Origin: Hormoscilla sp.
Lineage (GTDB): Bacteria > Cyanobacteriota > Cyanobacteriia > Cyanobacteriales > Desertifilaceae
Assembly: GCA_051439505.1 (NCBI GenBank)
Contig: JBFRWI010000204.1
Span: 1-11,157, forward strand
Direction: 5' to 3'
DNA: 11,157 bases
Each line of letters starts with the position of its first letter. The stretch's first letter is position 1. This document shows positions 1 through 6,834 of this stretch, piece by piece. A program made the position numbers and the translations under genes. The notes below the pieces were generated by a model, which was not told where the DNA came from, did not search any database, and saw only the letters and a program-made list of their open reading frames with translations.

Positions 1-1617
1 GGTTTTAGTCTTGAAGCTACAGTAGAGCGATATGTAATATTCCTCATATGACCATGGAAAAGTGCCCGGACCTGGATCTTCGAGAATCAACGGATGAGAT
101 TTGGCAATATCCAAAATCATCTCCTCAACCTTGCGAATGTTTTCCTTGAAGGGAACCCGAATCAAGATACTGGCAGCTCGAATTTCGCTAGCTGTCAGAT
201 TCTCAATTATGCTCCCCCAGATTGTATTGTTGGGTACGGTAATCATCTGGCCTGAGAAACCTTGAATTTTGGTACTAGCGAGGGAGATCGAGTCCACGTA
301 ACCCCATAAACCGCTCACCTTCACCTCGTCACCTACGTCAAAGGGTTTGCTGAGCATCAGCATCAAACCGCTGGCAAAGTTACCAAGGTTACTTTGTAGG
401 GCAAAGGCCAAGACAAAACTGGCACCGCCCAACAGGGCTATAAGGGGTCCGAGACTCACTCCTAGTGCCGTCAAAGCTAGCATCACCCCGAGTACGATCC
501 CCCCGCGTTCGATCGTTATGGTGATAAATTGACGTAAAAGCTCTGATGTACCCCCAACCTTGGCAAGTGTTTTGTTGACGAGCCGGCTGATAATTTTGGA
601 GATGTAGATCGAGACAGCCACAATGATAACAAACTTACCGATATTTATCCCCCAGCGCAAACCCCCTTCCTCGGATTTAAGCCACCCAACGAGCCTCACT
701 CCCAGCCCTGTGGTATCCGTGACATCGATTTCTACACCGCTAACCGCATCAATGTAGGTTTTGTACTGCTCCGTCTCACCCCCTTTCTTCTCCAGTTCGT
801 CCAACACTACCTTAAAGCGCTCGATGATCGCGAATCTCTCGGACTGGAGTTCGGTAACCTTTTTGACCACTTCCTTCTTCACTTCCGAGGTTGACTCAAC
901 CGACTGCTCCAACTGTTGTGATATTTCTTCTAACTTGCTTTCGTCAACTCCTTCAACTCCTTCAGTTTCTTCTCCTAATGCTTCTGCCGCCGCGTCGATA
1001 TTCCTTCCTGCTTCTGAAGCGTCCAACTCATCCGATGAGTCGTCTTCATCGGATGAGTCTCCTTCGAGGGCCTCCGATACTGTTTTTTCCACCTCGGAGT
1101 CTTCTTCAACTTGCTCCTTTGCTTCCAGAGCTTCCCCGATCGCTTCCCGCGCTTTTTCCAGGGCTGCTTGAGCCGCTTCTACTTTTTTGGTAGCCTCCTC
1201 ATATTCTGGCGTATCGGGGGTCGCGTTTTCCTGGGCCTCTTTGGCTTCTGCCAGGGCTGCTTGAGCCTTTTCTACCGCATCAACCGCATCAACCGCTTCT
1301 TTGGCTTGGCGATTCTGGCGCTTGATGGCGATTTCAGCATCGCTAATTTCCTTTACCTTAGCTTTGAGCAACCCCTGCCAGGCCCCAGCTTCTTTCTCCA
1401 GTTCTGCCTTGGTTAGGGGCTTCACCAACAGTTTCAGTTCGTCGATCGGGATTTCTGGATCTGCTGTAGCAGTCCCTGGGGTAGGGCTGAAAGCCACCAA
1501 TACTTCCCACTGAACTGCTGGGACTTCTACTTCTTTGCCTCGGACGGGGGTCCACCATACTACCACGGTACAAACCATCCCTGTCAAGGCAACAGCCTTA
1601 ATTCTAGCGCCGATCAT
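1..1617 (-). CDS. MscS-family mechanosensitive channel with long acidic N-terminal extension (3' end outside the window)
   Basis: Hand-translated; absent from the ORF track because the stop is outside the window. ATG at 1617 is preceded by AGGAGG and the frame is open to base 1. It starts MIGARIKAVALTGMVCTVVVWW, continues into an E/A/K-rich helical region and three hydrophobic segments, and carries the MscS signature GGASFVLAFALQSNLGNFASGLMLMLSKPFDVGDEVKV...TVPNNTIW. Confidence 0.92.
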   Translation of the reverse strand, partial: MIGARIKAVALTGMVCTVVVWWTPVRGKEVEVPAVQWEVLVAFSPTPGTATADPEIPIDELKLLVKPLTKAELEKEAGAWQGLLKAKVKEISDAEIAIKRQNRQAKEAVDAVDAVEKAQAALAEAKEAQENATPDTPEYEEATKKVEAAQAALEKAREAIGEALEAKEQVEEDSEVEKTVSEALEGDSSDEDDSSDELDASEAGRNIDAAAEALGEETEGVEGVDESKLEEISQQLEQSVESTSEVKKEVVKKVTELQSERFAIIERFKVVLDELEKKGGETEQYKTYIDAVSGVEIDVTDTTGLGVRLVGWLKSEEGGLRWGINIGKFVIIVAVSIYISKIISRLVNKTLAKVGGTSELLRQFITITIERGGIVLGVMLALTALGVSLGPLIALLGGASFVLAFALQSNLGNFASGLMLMLSKPFDVGDEVKVSGLWGYVDSISLASTKIQGFSGQMITVPNNTIWGSIIENLTASEIRAASILIRVPFKENIRKVEEMILDIAKSHPLILEDPGPGTFPWSYEEYYISLYCSFKTKT

Positions 1618-1702
1618 TGTTTGGCCTCCTCACACCAGCTGTTTTGAGAACATTATCTTAACTCTTTCCCTTTTTGGAAATTAAACTGCTTGATTATTCA
1701 GT

Positions 1703-3433
1703 CTAATGAAAGTTATTCAAAATTGCTGAGCGCCACTTGCGCACTGAGTTTACGACATAGAGGCGATCGCACTTTTGCAGATCCTGTAGGGCGATCGTTT
1801 GTTCGGTGACTTTTCCCTCTGCCAGCAAATGAGCGCGAAACGTACCGGGTAACAATCCGCACTTGACTGGGGGAGTCAGCAGTTCGCCGTGCATTTGCAC
1901 GACAATATTCCCAAAGCAGGTTTCTGTAATCTCGCCCTGCTCATTGTACAACAGCACATCGTCGCAGTCAAGACAAGCAGAACGGGCCCGATCGTATAGC
2001 TGACGATTAGTAGTTTTGTGATATAAAAATGGATTGCTAGCATCAACGGGAGTTGCAGCTAAACTCAGTCTTACCGGTTGGATGGTTGCATCTAAGATCT
2101 TTGCCTCCCAGGTTATATTACCATCTTGGGCTACAAGTAGCCGGACCTTATGGGGTTCATGGGGCAAGGATATTGCCAATTTATCCAGCAGATATTGAAC
2201 TTTTTCAATATCTAACGAGATGCTAAAATAAATAGCTGCATCTTGCAGGCGTTGGAGATGATAAATCAGCAAAAAGTAGCCGGTATCCGGCGTCCATAGC
2301 ATAGTTTCTAGCAATGAAAATGGGGGATAATTTTTCGTCAGCACTTGCGCCTTCACCTGACATTCTACATACTCCTCCTGACTAGCAGAGTCCCAGACAA
2401 TGCCACTACCAACACCATATTCTGCTTTGCCTGCTTGCTTGTCAATCAATACAGTTCTAATAGCCACGTTAAATTGAGCCCGACCTTGGGGAGAAATAAA
2501 ACCGATGCATCCGGTATAAATTCGACGGGGTGTTGTTTCTAAATCGCGAATAATCTGCATGGTGCGGGCTTTAGGTGCTCCCGTAATAGAAGCGCAAGGA
2601 AAAAGAGCAGCCATAATATCATCCATTGAGGCCCTCGTAGTTGCTGTCACTGTAGATGTCATTTGCCAGAGGGTGGGGTAGCGTTCTACATCAAACAAAC
2701 TGGGAACTCCCACGCTGCCGATCTCTGCAACTCGCCCCATGTCATTGCGGATCATATCCACAATCATCACATTTTCGGCTCGGTTTTTCTCTGAATGTTG
2801 CAACCACTCTGCCATCATGTTATCTTCAGCTAAGGTCAGACCCCGTGCTGCTGTTCCTTTCATGGGACGGCAGGTTAACTGCTTGTCAGATAGACGGAAA
2901 AACAGTTCCGGGGACGCCGAACAGATGGCAAACCGATCGATCTCCACATAGGCGGCATAATTGGCCTGCTGCGATCGCGCCAATTTTCGGAACAATGAGT
3001 AGGGGTTGCCAGCAAAAGGGGCGTGGAGGCGCAGTGTGTAATTTACCTGGTAAGTTTCCCCCCGGGCAATATGTTCCTTGATAGTTGCGATCGCCCGATC
3101 GTATGCTTCCCGACTGACCGCAGGAGACCAATTGAGATTATAATCGTCATGAGCATCTGGAAGTTGAATGACTTCCGGTTGCTGGTAAAGTCCAAACCAA
3201 AGTAAGGGAAATGAGTCCGGACAATGGGTAGGGAGAGACTCGTCAAAGGCGGGTGCAGCTTCATAACTGATAAAACCCGCCCCATACAGGTTGCGATCGC
3301 GTAGGGTAGCATTTACTTCTGCGAACTTCGGCACTACTTCCGACAGGCGATCGGCCCTCACCACCAGTTCCGGATCTCGAAAGCGCAGCCATTGCTTATT
3401 TTCGGCATCATGAATTACTAATTTATTGCTCAT
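1703..3433 (-). CDS. pabB: Aminodeoxychorismate synthase component I fused to a C-terminal class IV PLP-dependent (ADC lyase/PabC-like) domain
   Basis: Chorismate-binding motifs GFISYEAA, GETYQVN, SPELFF, PMKGT, KNRAENVMIVDMIRND and SITGAPK; C-terminal LLETM, HLQRL, HKTTNR (PLP Lys), GLLPGTFR and NSVR. ATG 3433 preferred over the GTG 3451 given in the ORF track. Confidence 0.92.
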   Translation of the reverse strand: MSNKLVIHDAENKQWLRFRDPELVVRADRLSEVVPKFAEVNATLRDRNLYGAGFISYEAAPAFDESLPTHCPDSFPLLWFGLYQQPEVIQLPDAHDDYNLNWSPAVSREAYDRAIATIKEHIARGETYQVNYTLRLHAPFAGNPYSLFRKLARSQQANYAAYVEIDRFAICSASPELFFRLSDKQLTCRPMKGTAARGLTLAEDNMMAEWLQHSEKNRAENVMIVDMIRNDMGRVAEIGSVGVPSLFDVERYPTLWQMTSTVTATTRASMDDIMAALFPCASITGAPKARTMQIIRDLETTPRRIYTGCIGFISPQGRAQFNVAIRTVLIDKQAGKAEYGVGSGIVWDSASQEEYVECQVKAQVLTKNYPPFSLLETMLWTPDTGYFLLIYHLQRLQDAAIYFSISLDIEKVQYLLDKLAISLPHEPHKVRLLVAQDGNITWEAKILDATIQPVRLSLAATPVDASNPFLYHKTTNRQLYDRARSACLDCDDVLLYNEQGEITETCFGNIVVQMHGELLTPPVKCGLLPGTFRAHLLAEGKVTEQTIALQDLQKCDRLYVVNSVRKWRSAILNNFH

Positions 3434-3465
3434 CCCCTGTAATTTCCTCACTTCGCTGTTAGCCC

Positions 3466-3488
3466 GCTAAAGTCGGTTTGAACCGACT
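3466..3488. repeat. Short palindromic dispersed repeat (GCTAA-AGTCGGTT/AACCGACT)
   Basis: 8-bp inverted arms at 3471-3478 and 3481-3488; near-identical copy at 11073-11096. Confidence 0.75.
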
Positions 3489-3567
3489 AAAAAAATGATG
3501 TGTAAACTAATTTTAATATTTTTTTATGGCATAATTCATAATTTATAATTATTAGCGCAATAACTCT

Positions 3568-4173
3568 TCATTTTCCACAGGTTAACTTAACAAGGATACC
3601 TAATAACTCATCTACAGGAGTTATATAGCGATCGTTCAAGTCTATCATAGCCTTCAGATCCTTTGTCAGAGCCAAAAATCGCCATAGCTGTCCCGTCGTT
3701 ACCGTTCCGTATATCGTGCGTGCGCCCATTTTTGGGTCTCCTTGGTTAATTAATCGAGCCGCATACATTGTAGCAAAACATTGAGCCAATCCTTCATTAA
3801 TATTTTCATTTTTCGCCGACACCACCGCCACCACTGGAGCTTTAATTGTCAGCTTATCTGGGTTATCTGTCAGCATGAAGTCAAAATATCCAATCAGTCC
3901 CTTGGTTGAGTCTACGTTAAAGTTTCTACCAGAAAACAAACTGATTCGAGGGTTAATCATTATAACTTCGCTCAAAATAGGAGCAATTAAATATGCCGAT
4001 CGTGCTTTTTCCGTGTTAATAGCTGTGGCCAGCGGGACGAAGCGTCTGAGCGCTTTTTTAAGAAAGTCACTAGGGGGAATAGATTCTGCTTTTATCAACT
4101 CAGAAACAGTCTCTATAGTATCAATCCCTAAAGGTGCAAGTTTTTCTATCGAGGTAAATTCACTGTATGACAT
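3568..4173 (-). CDS. Cyanobacterial conserved protein with PD-(D/E)XK / HsdR N-terminal-like fold, possibly catalytically inactive
   Basis: 201-aa ORF with family motifs MSYSEFT, INTEKARS, LFSG..FNVD, DF...(E)AK, GLAQC and IYGTVTTG..WRFL; upstream AAGGA RBS-like sequence. Family recognised from memory. Confidence 0.75.
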   Translation of the reverse strand: MSYSEFTSIEKLAPLGIDTIETVSELIKAESIPPSDFLKKALRRFVPLATAINTEKARSAYLIAPILSEVIMINPRISLFSGRNFNVDSTKGLIGYFDFMLTDNPDKLTIKAPVVAVVSAKNENINEGLAQCFATMYAARLINQGDPKMGARTIYGTVTTGQLWRFLALTKDLKAMIDLNDRYITPVDELLGILVKLTCGK

Positions 4174-4279
4174 CTATCATTATCCTTAGCAAGGATTACC
4201 TATTACTTTATTTTTCACTGTTTTGAGAGTGCAGGGCGATCCTGCTGCGTAGTCACTGCCCGATCGCACCCTCCATCCA

Positions 4280-4615
4280 TCACAAATACTCTACACGACC
4301 CACCATTTCTTCTGGACTGTATACTTCATAAATCAAAACTAGATTTTCTATAATCTCACCAATCGAACGAGTCCTCTGTTTACAATAGACAATACCGGGA
4401 TGCTCCCTGGTACGACTGGCAAGGACTAAAAAATCCCTGTCTTGAGTAAAAATTACGCGACCCTCTTGACGGATATAGTCTAATTGGAGTTCGTCGCTTC
4501 GAGTGCGCAATCGAGCCTCAACAGTAGTTGTTACATCAATGCCACGACGGCGCAACTCGCGGGCAATAACTGATTTAACCTGTTCGTCCATGTGAAACCG
4601 GATTTGTTCACTCAC
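4280..4615 (-). CDS. DUF5615 PIN-like toxin (VapC45-like ribonuclease)
   Basis: 111 aa with FHMDEQV, LRRRGIDV, SDELQL, GRVIFTQDRDFL and HPGIVY; PIN acidic residues intact; the GTG start overlaps the upstream gene by 8 bp. Confidence 0.9.
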   Translation of the reverse strand: MSEQIRFHMDEQVKSVIARELRRRGIDVTTTVEARLRTRSDELQLDYIRQEGRVIFTQDRDFLVLASRTREHPGIVYCKQRTRSIGEIIENLVLIYEVYSPEEMVGRVEYL

Positions 4616-5021
4616 CTCTAATTTCCCTCAACTTTTCTTGAAAACGGGATGGAGGACTATTCCGTCTCATTTCTTCTACCAAGGCTTCGCTTTCTGCCGT
4701 GCGCCGATCGATCTCTTCCCGATGGTCGTAATAGTAGGCCATCGCTGCATGAACCGATGCTAGAGATAGATCGTACTCAGATGCAATCTCTTCTATTGAT
4801 TCTCCCATCTCCAGATACATTTCTGCAATAGCCGCCACATACATTCTGGTGTTGATAATGCGCGGTTTCCCAAAACAATAGTCCGGATGAATGGCAATAT
4901 GTTCTTTACTTACCCGTTCCGTGTTATCTGCGATCGCATAACTTTTGCCTAGTTCCAGTTCCAGTGGAACGTCCGATCGCAGAACTTCCCCATCAAATAC
5001 AGCCGTTGCGATTTTGCTCAT
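4608..5021 (-). CDS. DUF433 antitoxin (VapB45-like) with an extra N-terminal segment
   Basis: HIAIHPDYCFGKPRIINTR...GESIEEIASEYDLSLASVHAAMAYYYDHREEID is typical of DUF433; overlaps the PIN gene. Confidence 0.9.
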   Translation of the reverse strand: MSKIATAVFDGEVLRSDVPLELELGKSYAIADNTERVSKEHIAIHPDYCFGKPRIINTRMYVAAIAEMYLEMGESIEEIASEYDLSLASVHAAMAYYYDHREEIDRRTAESEALVEEMRRNSPPSRFQEKLREIRGE

Positions 5022-5032
5022 AGTTACCTATC

Positions 5033-6004
5033 TCATTTATCGTATTTTTCGTAAGCGGCCACGATCCGCTGCACCAGGGGATGGCGCACCACATCCGCCT
5101 GAGTCAGCTTACAAAAAGCAATTCCTTCCACATTTTGCAGGATTTTCTGCGCTAACCCCAATCCTGACATTTGGTTACCTGGCAAATCTGTCTGAGTGAT
5201 ATCCCCCGTTATCACCATTTTAGAACGGAAACCCAGTCTTGTCAGTACCATTTTCATCTGAGCGGGCGTAGTATTCTGAGCTTCGTCTACAATGATAAAA
5301 GAATTATTCAAACTGCGACCCCGCATATAGGCTAGGGGTGCAACTTCTATCACCCCTCGTTCCATCAAATTCGCTACTTTTTCTGGCTCGATAAATTCAT
5401 GCAAAGCATCGTAGAGGGGACGCAAAAAAGGATTTACCTTCTGCTGCATGTCCCCAGGGAGGAAGCCGAGTTTTTCCCCAGCTTCCACAGCGGGACGAGT
5501 CAGAATTAGCCGTTCGTACTGATTTTCTAGCAATGCTTGGATGGCCAGCACTGCTGCTAAATAGGTTTTCCCCGTTCCCGCCGGACCGATGCAAAAAGTC
5601 ATGTCTTGGGTGCGGACTGCTTCTACGTACCGCTTTTGAGCAAAGGTTTTAGCGCGAATTTCTTCCCCCCGACGGGTACGCGCCAAGACATTTTTCTTCA
5701 GGTCTTGATGTTCCTCTTGGCGTCCCGTATCTAAGGCGTGACGCGCTGTCAGGATATCCGCCCCCGATATCATCTTACCTTTGCTCCAGAAATCGGCAAG
5801 CGATCGCACCAACTGGGAGCAGATTTCCACCTGCTTGGCCGTTCCCGAAATCACCAAATCCTGTCCCCGCAGCACCACCTGCGCCCCCGTTTGCTTCCTG
5901 AGGGTTTTGAGATTTTCTTCTCCATACCCCCCCAGGGCGATCGCGCTATCGGGACTATTCAGGTCAATTATTGCCCGTTCATCATTGTCTGTATTCATCA
6001 CCAC
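5033..6004 (-). CDS. phoH: PhoH/YbeZ family ATPase
   Basis: Walker A GPAGTGKT, LTRPAVEAGEKLGFLPGD, APLAYMRGR, VDEAQN, GDITQTDL and DVVRHPLV. The start could instead be ATG 5998. Confidence 0.96.
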   Translation of the reverse strand: MVMNTDNDERAIIDLNSPDSAIALGGYGEENLKTLRKQTGAQVVLRGQDLVISGTAKQVEICSQLVRSLADFWSKGKMISGADILTARHALDTGRQEEHQDLKKNVLARTRRGEEIRAKTFAQKRYVEAVRTQDMTFCIGPAGTGKTYLAAVLAIQALLENQYERLILTRPAVEAGEKLGFLPGDMQQKVNPFLRPLYDALHEFIEPEKVANLMERGVIEVAPLAYMRGRSLNNSFIIVDEAQNTTPAQMKMVLTRLGFRSKMVITGDITQTDLPGNQMSGLGLAQKILQNVEGIAFCKLTQADVVRHPLVQRIVAAYEKYDK

Positions 6005-6013
6005 CCTGATGGA

Positions 6014-6454
6014 CTACTCCGGGGACTGGGACTTGCGAGAAGGCTTGAGAATTGGCGCACCACGACCTTGAGGTTTGACTACCTTTTTACTTTTGGGCAT
6101 TGGCGCTGGAGAATCATTATTTTCCTCAGCATCCTTAAAGCCATCGTACACATCCAGGTATAAAGAATGGCCCGCTGCTCGGGCCACGGCGGTCAGCAGC
6201 TGGTTAATTGCCTGTAGATTGCGTCCGCCTCTGCCATAGACTCGTCCTTTATCCGCCACATCAAAAGCCAGACGAATCCACACCCGCTGGCTACTTGATG
6301 ATATTTCGCAATCCACCGATAATGCCCCTGGTGATTCCAGAAAGGGTTCTACTAAAAACCGGACCAGTCCTGCATAGTCTGGGCCTGGTGACTGGGAAGC
6401 CAATTTCTTATCCTTCTGCGGTAGTGGTAGTGGCTTTGACTTGTTCAAATACAT
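6014..6454 (-). CDS. khpA: KH-domain RNA-binding protein (KhpA/YlqC family)
   Basis: [18 protein letters not shown] and KH loop [16 protein letters not shown]; usual position after rpsP. Start uncertain; ATG 6454 (MYLNKS) overlaps the 3' end of rpsP by 47 bp. Confidence 0.85.
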   Translation of the reverse strand: MYLNKSKPLPLPQKDKKLASQSPGPDYAGLVRFLVEPFLESPGALSVDCEISSSSQRVWIRLAFDVADKGRVYGRGGRNLQAINQLLTAVARAAGHSLYLDVYDGFKDAEENNDSPAPMPKSKKVVKPQGRGAPILKPSRKSQSPE

Positions 6455-6677
6455 GGGCTTTTTCCAGGATGCGACGGACAGTATCGGTTGGTTGAGCGCC
6501 TTGCTTGACACGCTTTACCAGTCCGGGGACATTTAGCCTGGTTTCGTCCGTTCTGGGGTTGTAGAAACCCAGTTCTTCTATCGGACGCCCGTCCCGCCGG
6601 GCCCTTGAGTCGATCGCTACTATTCGGTAACTGACTTCCCGCTTTTTGCCGTATCGCTTTAATCGGAGCTTGATCAT
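6408..6677 (-). CDS. rpsP: 30S ribosomal protein S16
   Basis: [41 protein letters not shown]...[12 protein letters not shown]; downstream of ffh. Confidence 0.98.
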   Translation of the reverse strand: MIKLRLKRYGKKREVSYRIVAIDSRARRDGRPIEELGFYNPRTDETRLNVPGLVKRVKQGAQPTDTVRRILEKAHVFEQVKATTTTAEG

Positions 6678-6755
6678 GTTTGTGCTTCAGTAATGAAAAT
6701 ACCTTGAATTAATTATCTTACCATGTTCGGTGCAGCTATATCCGTTAGTTTAGCC

Positions 6756-6833
6756 GATGGTGGGCGGTGGCTGGCTGGTGGCCGGATGGTGGGCGGTGCC
6801 TGGCTAGCGGATGGTGGGCGGTGCCCACCCTAC
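6756..6833 (-). repeat. GTAG-type REP palindrome followed by two partial tandem copies
   Basis: Minus strand reads GTAG-GGTGGGC-ACC-GCCCACC (6833-6813). The core GATGGTGGGCGGTG occurs at 6756, 6785 and 6810. Confidence 0.8.
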
Positions 6834-6834
6834 A

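Noticed and set aside
347..1573. Several short ORFs (mostly plus strand) in the ORF track
   Set aside because: They are antisense or out-of-frame shadows of the MscS gene; the Ser-rich ORF mirrors its Glu-rich codons.
3531..3550. ATAATT x3 at a 7-bp period upstream of pabB
   Set aside because: Low-complexity AT-rich context; cannot be distinguished from chance or a degenerate heptamer repeat.
6455..6511. Longer khpA start given by the ORF track
   Set aside because: It would overlap rpsP by more than 100 bp; a later start is more plausible.
6756..6833. Three direct repeats with short spacers as a possible mini-CRISPR
   Set aside because: The repeats are 14 bp, the spacers are 11-15 bp and similar to each other, and there are no cas genes; a REP duplication explains it better.
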